Of a stretch of 46,308 nt of DNA, positions 16,170 to 24,347 are shown piece after piece. Position numbers and translations under genes: made by a program. The notes under the pieces were generated by a model. That model worked only from the letters and a program-made list of their open reading frames with translations, ran no database searches and was not told the DNA's origin. Numbering within the stretch: position 1 is the stretch's first letter; each line of letters opens with the position of its first letter. Where the stretch lies: positions 1-46,308 of the forward strand of contig JAWOID010000026.1 of assembly GCA_046484865.1 (NCBI GenBank), written 5' to 3'. The DNA is from Candidatus Krumholzibacteriia bacterium. Its GTDB lineage: Bacteria > Krumholzibacteriota > Krumholzibacteriia > LZORAL124-64-63.

Positions 16170-17558
16170 CTAGAAGTCGAAGTACATCGTATACTCGTAG
16201 GGATGCGGCCGCCGACTGATCGCCCGGATCTCCTCGCGCTTCACCTCGAGCCAGCGCCTGATCAACGCTTCCGCGAAGACGCCGTCGCGCATGAGGAACC
16301 CGTGGTCCGCCTCGAGCGCGTCGAGGGCGTCGTCCAGGGATCTCGGCAGGAAGCGCAGGTTGTGGTCGCCGTCCGGCGAGGGCGCGTCCTCGGGATGGAA
16401 CCCGTGCTCGCGCGGGTCGATCTCCTCGAGGATGCCGTCGATGCCGGCCATGAGGATGGCCGAGGTGCAGAGGTACGGATTGCAGGTGAAATCGGGCGGC
16501 CGGTACTCCATGCGGCGGTACGCGGGGTCGCTGACGTACGACGGCACGCGGATGGCGGCGCCCCGGTTGGAACGGCCGAAGGTGCGGGCGGTGGGCGCCT
16601 CGAAGCCCGGCACCAGGCGCTTGTAGCTATTGGTGCTGGGGTTGGTGAACGCACAGAGCGCGTCGCTGTGGTGCAGGATGCCGCCAATGTAGTGCAAGGC
16701 CGTCCGCGACAGGTTGGCGTAGCCCTCCTCGGCATGGAAGACGTTCTTGCCGCCCTTGCCCAGGAACTGGTGCAGGTGCCAGCCGCTGCCGGCACTGTCG
16801 AACAGCGGCTTGGGCATGAACGTCACCCTGAGCCCGTGACGCTCGGCCAGGTTCGCGAGGATGTACTTGGTGAGCACGGCATGATCGCCGGTGGTCAGCA
16901 GATCGGCGAACCAGCCCTCGATCTCCTGCTGCCCGCGTGAACCCACCTCGTGATGGTGGTAGCGCACCGGGATGCCGAACTCCCGCATGTGATGACACAC
17001 CTCGTCGCGGAAGTCGTCGTAGCGGTCGTGAGGATTGCAGGCGTGATAGGCGTTCTGGAAGAAACGCTCGCGGCTGTCCACCTGGAAGCAACTGCGCGTC
17101 GTCTCCGAGAGGAAGTCGGCCTCCTCGAAGATGTAGAACTCGTACTCCGGTCCCCAGTACGACACGTCGGCGATTCCCGATTCGCGCAGCAGGCGTTCGG
17201 CATGGCGCGCGAGGTTGCGACCGTCCTGCACGAAGGGGGTGCGCTCGGCGTCCACCAGATGAGCGGCGGCGAACATGGTCAGGGTGGGCCGCGACCGGAA
17301 CGGGTCCAGGTGCCCGGTGCCCAGGTCGGGGATCAGCACCATGTCGCTGTTCTCCACCTTCTGGAATCCGTAGCTGGAACCGTCGAAGCCGATCCCCTCC
17401 TCGCACACGTCGGGCGTGAAGCGATCGAACGGGAAGGTCAGGTGGTGCAGTCGTCCCGAGAGGTCCAGCACCTTGAGGTCGATGAACTCGATCCCGCGGT
17501 CCCCCGCCTCCTGACGCACCTGCGCGAACTTGCTCGATCGGTTGTGCTCCTGCGCCAT
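16170..17558 (-). CDS. glnA: Glutamine synthetase type I
   Basis: FDGSS, GPEYEFY, HHHEVG, TFMPKP, GSGWHLHQ, NSYKRLVPGFEAP, EYRPPD..CNPY; ATG at 17558 with GAGG RBS. Confidence 0.93.
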   Translation of the reverse strand: MAQEHNRSSKFAQVRQEAGDRGIEFIDLKVLDLSGRLHHLTFPFDRFTPDVCEEGIGFDGSSYGFQKVENSDMVLIPDLGTGHLDPFRSRPTLTMFAAAHLVDAERTPFVQDGRNLARHAERLLRESGIADVSYWGPEYEFYIFEEADFLSETTRSCFQVDSRERFFQNAYHACNPHDRYDDFRDEVCHHMREFGIPVRYHHHEVGSRGQQEIEGWFADLLTTGDHAVLTKYILANLAERHGLRVTFMPKPLFDSAGSGWHLHQFLGKGGKNVFHAEEGYANLSRTALHYIGGILHHSDALCAFTNPSTNSYKRLVPGFEAPTARTFGRSNRGAAIRVPSYVSDPAYRRMEYRPPDFTCNPYLCTSAILMAGIDGILEEIDPREHGFHPEDAPSPDGDHNLRFLPRSLDDALDALEADHGFLMRDGVFAEALIRRWLEVKREEIRAISRRPHPYEYTMYFDF

Positions 17559-17811
17559 GCCCACCTCTCCGGTTGGAAGGGCCGGCCGGGCGATGGGCCC
17601 GCCGGCGGTCGGACAAATATAATCGACACCGCCGTCGAGGAAAGCGCTGGGCGCCGAACGGCTTCGGATCGCGCGGGCGGTCGCCTTGCCCGGCTCCGAT
17701 CCGTCGCCTATGTTTCCACGCCGGGCGCGCCGCGCGGCCGCGCCTCGACGGATAGAACGGCACGCGGCCGGAACCACCCGCTGGACTGACCGCAAAGGAC
17801 GGACCTTGGCC

Positions 17812-19269
17812 ATGGACGATCTGGCCGGCGCCGGGCGCGCCCTCGACGACGACCCCGTCGGTTCCACCGGTACCGTCACGATCCGCTTCCAGGGGCAGCC
17901 CCTCGAGGTGCGCGCCGGCACCAGCGTGGCGGTGGCTCTCTGGGAGCGCGGCGTCCGCATCCTCTCGCACAGCCCCAAGTACGGTCGTCCGCGGGGGCTG
18001 CACTGCGCCCGCGGACACTGCACGAGCTGTCTCGTCCGGATCGACGGTGTGCCCAACGTGCGCGCGTGCCTCGCTCCCGTGGTCGAGGGCATGCAGGTCG
18101 AGCGGCAGGATGCCGGCGCGATGTACGCCAAGCCTCTGCAGAAGAGCCTGGAACTGGGCGGCGAACTCTTTCCCCCCGGCTTCTACTACAAGTGGTTCAC
18201 GCGTCCGCGAGTCCTGTCGAGCGCGTTCCTGAGCGGGCTGCGCCCGCTCACCGGGGTGGGGCGGTTGCCCTCGCCGGAAGCCTGGAACAGCGTGCCCGAG
18301 ACGCGGGCCGAGGACCTCGGCGGCTGGGATCAGGTGATCGTCGGCGGCGGCCTGTCCGGGTTGCGGGCGACTCTGCGCTCCACCGGACGCGTGCTCCTGG
18401 TGGACGACCACGCCGGGCCGGGCGGGCAGCGCTGGCCCGCCCTGCAGACGCTGGCCGCCGATCGGGCGGCGCAGCTGGATCGGTTTCCGGTGCTGCGGGG
18501 GGCGCACCGGCGCCTGGAGGAGGCGGTGGCGGCGTTCGCCGGAAGACCGGATCTGGACCGGCGCCTCGCCACGCGCGTGGTCGCCGGCTACCAGCCCGGC
18601 GGCCTGGTGTTGAAGGGGGAGCACGGGCTCAGCATGCTGACCACCGACGCCGTGACCTGGGCCGCCGGCGCCCTGGATGTCCAGGGGCTCTTTCCGGGGA
18701 ACGACCTGCCGGGCATCGTGGGGCCGCGCGCGCTCTACCGTATGGTCACCCGGGACGGGATGAACGTGAGAGGCCGGCATGCGGTGGTGGTCGGCGGCGG
18801 CCTCGATCTCTGGCTGAGCGCCCTGCTGCTGCACGCCCGCGGGGCGCAGGTGACCGTCGTCGTGACGGAGTCGGGGTGGCAGACGGAGGTCTCGGCGGCG
18901 ATCGATTCCGGCTGGCAGTTCCACTCCAATCTCGAACTGACCGCCGCGCGCAGCCACTCCCGCGATCGGCTGTCGCTCGCCTTCGCGCCCGCCCAGGGGC
19001 CGCGTTCAGGACCTGGCTCCCGCATCGAACTGGACGGCGAACTGGTGGTGATGGCGCGCCGCGGCAAGCCGGTGTACGACGTCGTGTACCAGCTCGGCGG
19101 CGACCTCGTGCTGCAGCCGGAACTCGGCGGCTTCCTGCCGGCCGGCGCTGCGCAGGGGCGCTACCAGGGCCGCCTGCCCGGCGGAGTCGCCCTCACGCTG
19201 CTCGGCGAGGCGGCGGGCGCCGTTTCCGCCGAGGTGGTCACCGCCGGCGAGGAGGCGGTCGAACCATGA
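17812..19269 (+). CDS. Sarcosine oxidase alpha / proline dehydrogenase alpha-like subunit ([2Fe-2S] plus dinucleotide-binding)
   Basis: SPKYGRPRGLHCARGHCTSC...PNVRAC, PGFYYK, VGGGLSG, FPGNDLPG; AAGGA upstream of ATG 17812. Confidence 0.82.
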   Translation: MDDLAGAGRALDDDPVGSTGTVTIRFQGQPLEVRAGTSVAVALWERGVRILSHSPKYGRPRGLHCARGHCTSCLVRIDGVPNVRACLAPVVEGMQVERQDAGAMYAKPLQKSLELGGELFPPGFYYKWFTRPRVLSSAFLSGLRPLTGVGRLPSPEAWNSVPETRAEDLGGWDQVIVGGGLSGLRATLRSTGRVLLVDDHAGPGGQRWPALQTLAADRAAQLDRFPVLRGAHRRLEEAVAAFAGRPDLDRRLATRVVAGYQPGGLVLKGEHGLSMLTTDAVTWAAGALDVQGLFPGNDLPGIVGPRALYRMVTRDGMNVRGRHAVVVGGGLDLWLSALLLHARGAQVTVVVTESGWQTEVSAAIDSGWQFHSNLELTAARSHSRDRLSLAFAPAQGPRSGPGSRIELDGELVVMARRGKPVYDVVYQLGGDLVLQPELGGFLPAGAAQGRYQGRLPGGVALTLLGEAAGAVSAEVVTAGEEAVEP

Positions 19270-19766
19270 GCCGGGGCAAGTGCATTCTTTGTCGCTGCGA
19301 GGACGTGACCCTGAGCGAGTTCCGGGCGGCCTACCGCGAAGGGTTCACCGAGTTCGAGTCGCTCAAGCGATACACCGGCGTCGGGACCGGTTTCTGCCAG
19401 GGCAAGGGGTGCCTGAGCGAGTCGGCCGCCGAACTCGCCAGCCTCCGCGACTGCCCGCCGGCGCACGTGCGCCCCACCAACATCCGGCCACCCGCCGAAC
19501 CGCTCACCTTCGCCGAGCTGGCCGCCCTCGACCTGCCCGGTTTCATCGGGGATGCGCCGGCGCCGCCTCAGCCGCTGGACGGGAATCCGCACAGCGCGCC
19601 GCCGAGCCCGGGCGACGGCAGCGACCCGACCCCCGGGAGCGCGACTCGCGGTGACGGCGAGGGCGCGACTCGCGGTGACGGCGAGCGCGACGAGGTCATC
19701 GACAGCGAAGCGACGACGCGCAACGCCGACCGCGAGGACCCCGGAGCCGGGAAGGAGCCGCGATGA
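19266..19766 (+). CDS. BFD-like [2Fe-2S] protein (SoxA A3-type) with low-complexity tail
   Basis: CRCEDVT...LKRYTGVGTGFCQGKGC...RPP; ATGA overlaps on both sides; 24-bp duplication at 19641-19688. Confidence 0.85.
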   Translation: MSRGKCILCRCEDVTLSEFRAAYREGFTEFESLKRYTGVGTGFCQGKGCLSESAAELASLRDCPPAHVRPTNIRPPAEPLTFAELAALDLPGFIGDAPAPPQPLDGNPHSAPPSPGDGSDPTPGSATRGDGEGATRGDGERDEVIDSEATTRNADREDPGAGKEPR

Positions 19767-20947
19767 TCCCCCTGGCCACCGGATCCGTCCCGGCGAGCGC
19801 CGACGCCGTGATCGTCGGGGGCGGCATCAACGGCCTGGCCGTGGCCTACGAGCTGGCGAAGCTGGGCGTGCGCCGCATCGTGGTGATCGAGAAGGGCTAC
19901 CTGGGCTCCGGTTCCACCGGCCGCTGCGGCGGGGGCATCCGCCAGCAGTGGACGACCGCGGAGAACGTGCGCCTCGCCCAGGAGAGCGTGGCGATGTACG
20001 AGAACCTGTCGGCGGAGCTGGGCTACCAGAGCTTCTTCCGTCAGGGCGGCTACCTCATGGTCACCGAGAACGAGGATCACCGTTCCGCCATGCTGAAGGC
20101 GGTGGAGTTGCAGAACCGCTGCGGCGTGCCCAGCGAGTTCCTCGAGCCGCAGGACTGTCTGAAGATCGTGCCCGAACTGGACGTCCGGAACCTGAAGGGC
20201 GCCACGTTCTGCCCCACGGACGGCACCGCCTACCCGTTCAGCGTCGTCTGGGGCTACGCACGCGCGGCCCATCGCAAGGGCGTGACGATCCACATCCACA
20301 CCCGGGTGGAGCGGATCCGGCTCCGCGACGGCCGCGTGGAGGCGGTGGAGACCGACCGCGGCACGATCGCCACCCCGGTGGTCGTGAACGCCGCCGGACC
20401 GTGGGCGCGGGCGCTCGCCGCCCAGGTGGGCGTGGAACTGCCCAACCGCCAGGAGCGTCACGAGATCATGGTCAGCGAGGGGCTCAAGCCCTGCCTCGGT
20501 CCCATGGTCATCTCGATCACCAGCGGCATCTACTTCAGCCAGAGCATGCGCGGCGAACTGGTGGGCGGCATCGGCGACCCCGACGAACCGCAGTGGGAGC
20601 AGCCGAACCGGTTCGACACGCGCAGCCAGCTCCGGTTCGCCGTGCGGTTCGCCCGCGCTCTCATCGATCTGTACCCGCCGGCACGGCCGCTGCGCCTCAT
20701 GCGCCAGTGGGCCGGCATGTACGACGTGACGCCGGACCACCGGCCGATCCTCGGCGGCGTGCCCGGACTCGACGGCTACCATCACATCTGCGGCTTCAGC
20801 GGCCACGGCTTCATGCTGGCGCCGGTGACGGGCAAGCGCATGGCCCGTCACATCGTCACTCACGAGCCGGACGACATCATCGACAGCCTCTCACTCGACC
20901 GATTCGAGAAGGGTGAGCTGGAGGTGGATGCGTTCAAGGTGGGGTGA
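19763..20947 (+). CDS. FAD-dependent oxidoreductase, SoxB / dye-linked proline dehydrogenase beta-like
   Basis: IVGGGING, GSTGRCGGGIRQQW, WAGMYDVTPDHRPILG, GFSGHGFM. Confidence 0.9.
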   Translation: MIPLATGSVPASADAVIVGGGINGLAVAYELAKLGVRRIVVIEKGYLGSGSTGRCGGGIRQQWTTAENVRLAQESVAMYENLSAELGYQSFFRQGGYLMVTENEDHRSAMLKAVELQNRCGVPSEFLEPQDCLKIVPELDVRNLKGATFCPTDGTAYPFSVVWGYARAAHRKGVTIHIHTRVERIRLRDGRVEAVETDRGTIATPVVVNAAGPWARALAAQVGVELPNRQERHEIMVSEGLKPCLGPMVISITSGIYFSQSMRGELVGGIGDPDEPQWEQPNRFDTRSQLRFAVRFARALIDLYPPARPLRLMRQWAGMYDVTPDHRPILGGVPGLDGYHHICGFSGHGFMLAPVTGKRMARHIVTHEPDDIIDSLSLDRFEKGELEVDAFKVG

Positions 20948-20976
20948 ATAGCCGCCGCCCCGCGCCTCGAGCGCAG

Positions 20977-21060
20977 GCAGACCGTCGCCGACAGACCGCC
21001 ACCGGCAGACCGCCACCGGCGGACCGGCGCCGGCAGGTCGGCGCCGGCAGGTCGGACCCA
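20977..21060. repeat. 14-bp tandem repeat x6 between convergent genes
   Basis: gcagaccgtcgccg/acagaccgccaccg/gcagaccgccaccg/gcggaccggcgccg/gcaggtcggcgccg/gcaggtcggaccca. Confidence 0.85.
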
Positions 21061-21067
21061 CCGCCGC

Positions 21068-22018
21068 TCACCCATCGAACCAGGTCGTTCCGGTCGCCTC
21101 GAAGGCGACGCGCGCGCGCACCAGGATCCCGCCCAGTTCCGCCTCGTTCAGCACCACCCATTGCTGGTAGCCGGGCTCCAGCCGGTAACCCGCCCGGTCC
21201 GCCGCCGTGCTGAGACCTTGCCCGCACGCGAGCATGTCGGCCAGGTGGACGACGCTGGCCAGCGGCTGGTGGGCCGGCTCCGCATCGAGCGGCGCGTGAT
21301 GGTGGCGCACGGGCGATGCGAGGACGGACGGCAGACGCCAGTGTTCGATCAGGGCGGAGCCGGCCTCGCCGTGATCGCAACCCAGCCGCAGGCGCTCCCC
21401 GGAGACGAAGTCGGGCAGGACTCCCGCGTCGAGATCACTGGCGATAGCCTCGGTGTGGGCAGCCAGGTGGGCCGAAAGCACCACCTTGCCGAGGTCGTGC
21501 AGCAGGCCGGCGGTGAAGGCCACCGCCGGGTCCACGCGACCGAGCGTGTGGTGAGCCAGTTCCCGGGCTGCCAGCGCCACGTAGAGACTGTGCCGGCCGA
21601 GGTCGCCGCGCTCCCCACGGTACCCGCGCAGCGCGGCGTTGAAGTGATCGCGCCCGGCCAGCGCCAGGGCCATGCCCACCACCCGGGCGTCGTCCAGATC
21701 GCTCGCCGCCTCCCGCACCGTGCCGATGCTGCGCTGCGGATGCGGTTCCGCAGAGTTCACGTCGCGCAGCACCAGCGCCGCGAGGGCCGGATCGGTCTCC
21801 ACCACGGCCGCCACCGCGAACGGCTCGTGTTCGCCCCGTCCGAGCATCGCCACCAGCCGCGCGGCTGCCGGACTCAGGGGCGCCAGCTGCCGCACCTCCG
21901 CCAGGATGTCGTGGAATGGCGCGCCGCTCCCGGAGACGTCGGAGCGATCGTTCTGCCGGACGCCCTTGCCATCACGCGTCGCGGTGCTCTCGACCGTGGT
22001 CGTCGCGGTGTTCATCAC
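21068..22018 (-). CDS. HDOD domain protein
   Basis: ETDPALAALVLRDVNS, HSLYVA, AFTAGLLHDLGK, DHGEAG..L.EHWRLP, HHH. Confidence 0.9.
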   Translation of the reverse strand: MMNTATTTVESTATRDGKGVRQNDRSDVSGSGAPFHDILAEVRQLAPLSPAAARLVAMLGRGEHEPFAVAAVVETDPALAALVLRDVNSAEPHPQRSIGTVREAASDLDDARVVGMALALAGRDHFNAALRGYRGERGDLGRHSLYVALAARELAHHTLGRVDPAVAFTAGLLHDLGKVVLSAHLAAHTEAIASDLDAGVLPDFVSGERLRLGCDHGEAGSALIEHWRLPSVLASPVRHHHAPLDAEPAHQPLASVVHLADMLACGQGLSTAADRAGYRLEPGYQQWVVLNEAELGGILVRARVAFEATGTTWFDG

Positions 22019-22190
22019 GGAACGCTCCCCGCTGGAGGGCCCCGGCGCGCCGATGCGCCGGGCGTTGCGCTCGGTCGGGGGCAGAGGTGCAAGAAGTGCA
22101 CCGCCGGCTGCGGCGGCGACCGGGACGGCGGCAGGACGGCACGATGGGGAGTTGCGGCCGCGCCGGACGCCGGCGGGCCGCCGGCGCGGT

Positions 22191-23099
22191 TCAGAGGCCC
22201 AGGTCGGCCAGGGCTTCGCGGAGATCGCCGTGCTCGAACCGGTAGCCCGCCGCCTTCAGCGCGTTGGGGACCGCTCGCTCGCTCGCGAGCAGACCCGAGG
22301 CCAGTTCGCCCACGGCCAGTTGCAGGAGGAAGCCGGGAACGCGCATGATGCAAGGCCGGCCCAGCCGCGCGCAGAGGGCGCGGGCGAAGGCCGCCTGCGT
22401 GGGCGGATCGGGGGCGACGGCGTTGACCGGACCGCGCAGATCGTCACGATCGAGCGCGAAGAGGCAGATCCCGGCGGCATCGTCGATGTGGATCCACGGG
22501 AAGTACTGCTGCCCGCTGCCGAGCCGGCCGCCCAGGCCCAAACGGTAGGCGGGCAGCATCCGGGGCAGCGCTCCTCCCTCCCGCGCCAGGACGACGCCCA
22601 TGCGCACGCGCACCACCCGGCGATCCTGGTCCTCGGCCGCGGCGGCGGCCTGCTCCCACTCGTGCGTCAGGCGCGCGAGAAAGCCGCGACCCGGCTCGTG
22701 TGATTCGGTGAGCGCTTCGGCTCCGCGATCGCCGTAGTAGCCGACCGCCGAGGCGCTGACCAGGACCCGGCAGGTGTCGCTCCGGCCGACCGCCTCCACG
22801 ACGTGCCCGGTGGTGGCCAGCCGGCTCTGGCGCAAGGCCCGCTTCTTCTTCTCGGTCCAGCGACCCGACGCGATGCTCTCGCCGGCCAGGTTCACCACCG
22901 CGTCGCAGACCGCCAGCTCCTCCTGCCAGGAGCCGCGCAGGTTGGGATCGCCCTCGATCATCGTCACGCCCGCCGGCAGCCGTTTCCGCGCCCTGGCGGG
23001 ATGGCGCGTGAGCACCTCCACCTCGTCGCCACGCGCCAGCAGCCGGCTCGTGACGGCGCGGCCGATGAGCCCGGTGCCTCCGGTGATGAAGATCTTCAC
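22191..23099 (-). CDS. TIGR01777/YfcH family NAD-dependent epimerase-like oxidoreductase
   Basis: ITGGTGLIG, VVNLAGESI, SASAVGYYG, GSGQQYFPWIHIDD; GTG start at 23099. Confidence 0.92.
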   Translation of the reverse strand: MKIFITGGTGLIGRAVTSRLLARGDEVEVLTRHPARARKRLPAGVTMIEGDPNLRGSWQEELAVCDAVVNLAGESIASGRWTEKKKRALRQSRLATTGHVVEAVGRSDTCRVLVSASAVGYYGDRGAEALTESHEPGRGFLARLTHEWEQAAAAAEDQDRRVVRVRMGVVLAREGGALPRMLPAYRLGLGGRLGSGQQYFPWIHIDDAAGICLFALDRDDLRGPVNAVAPDPPTQAAFARALCARLGRPCIMRVPGFLLQLAVGELASGLLASERAVPNALKAAGYRFEHGDLREALADLGL

Positions 23100-23458
23100 G
23101 GGTCCTCCGCGGAAAACAGGTCGAGGCAAGACGGGCCGAGGTCGCGACAACACGTGATGATATCGCCATCGGCCGGAGGTGTCCACGCCCGCGCGGAAGG
23201 CTCCGGTCTCGCCCCCGGGACGGCCCGGTCGATGTGTCCATGCCCGCGCGGACGGCTCGCCGGCCTCGTTCACCCGGTCGAATCCGGCGGCGCGGTCGTC
23301 CTTGCCTGTGCCGGGGGGCCCGGGCGATTATCTTTCGACGCAACGTGTGACCGCCGCGTCGTGATTGTCGATCGATCTCGCCGGGCGTCGTGGGAAGTCG
23401 GAGCCGGACCGTCTCGCAGAGAGCGAGACGGGCGACCATGGAGCCAAGGAGACGATCG

Positions 23459-24271
23459 ATGAATTACGAGCACTTCGACGTGGAGATCCGCGACGGATCC
23501 GCCACGGTCCGCCAGATCGGCCCCGGCGCCTCGACGCTGGCCGAGCTCGCCGACGAGTTCCTCGATCTCATGCTGCGCCTGCAGGAGGACGGCGCGGTGA
23601 GGGCGATCCTGGTGACCGACGGCGACAACGCCTTCGAGCTGCCCGACCCGCTGCACGGTCTCGCCGAGGAGCGGGGCTCCGGCGAGGCCGATCGGCTGCT
23701 GACCGCCGACCTCGAGGTGATCCGGCGCATCGTCACGGTCATCCAGGAGACCGGCAAGCCGGTGGTCGCGGCCACCCGCGGGGCGGTGCGCAACGCCGGC
23801 TTCGGGTTCTACATGGCCGCCGACGTGCGGCTGGCGAGCACCACGGCCACCTTCGCCGCCACGGACCTGGCCGCCGGGCTGCTGCCCGACTGGGGGCTCA
23901 CCTTCAGCCTGACGCGGCTCATCGGCCCGGGCCGCACGCTCGACATGCTCTGGTCGCGACGCGAGATCTCCGGCGCGGACGCGGGCCGGCTGGGCCTGGT
24001 GGACCGGGTCATCGACGACGACGTGTGGGAGATCGAGCTGGGAGCCTACCTGGAACGCCTGGCCGGGCTGCCGCAGCCGGCGGTGCGACTGAGCAAGCTG
24101 GCCACGCAGCAGGCCGGTCAGTTCGACCTGACGAGCATGCTCTCCTACGAGTTCGAGGCCCAGCAGCAATGCTGGGAGTCGCGCGAGACCGCCGAAGGTC
24201 TGGCGGCCTGGCAGGAGGGCCGCACGCCGGCGTTCAAGCCGCGCACCACCGACGAGGACGACGAGGACTGA
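23459..24271 (+). CDS. Enoyl-CoA hydratase/isomerase (crotonase) family protein, atypical
   Basis: KPVVAA..G, AADVRLA, GLLPDWG, LGLVDRV, EGLAAWQEGRTPAF; AAGGAG RBS. Confidence 0.85.
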   Translation: MNYEHFDVEIRDGSATVRQIGPGASTLAELADEFLDLMLRLQEDGAVRAILVTDGDNAFELPDPLHGLAEERGSGEADRLLTADLEVIRRIVTVIQETGKPVVAATRGAVRNAGFGFYMAADVRLASTTATFAATDLAAGLLPDWGLTFSLTRLIGPGRTLDMLWSRREISGADAGRLGLVDRVIDDDVWEIELGAYLERLAGLPQPAVRLSKLATQQAGQFDLTSMLSYEFEAQQQCWESRETAEGLAAWQEGRTPAFKPRTTDEDDED

Positions 24272-24347
24272 CGACTGACGACGGAATCAGCGGCGGTCCG
24301 AGAGCCGTCGCGGGCAACGCGCGCAGCGCAGGAGGTGGCGAGCAGAC

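Noticed and set aside
17812..20947. Calling the cluster soxBDAG or hcnABC
   Set aside because: No folate-binding domain or soxD/G, and the domain split differs from HcnABC; substrate cannot be assigned from sequence.
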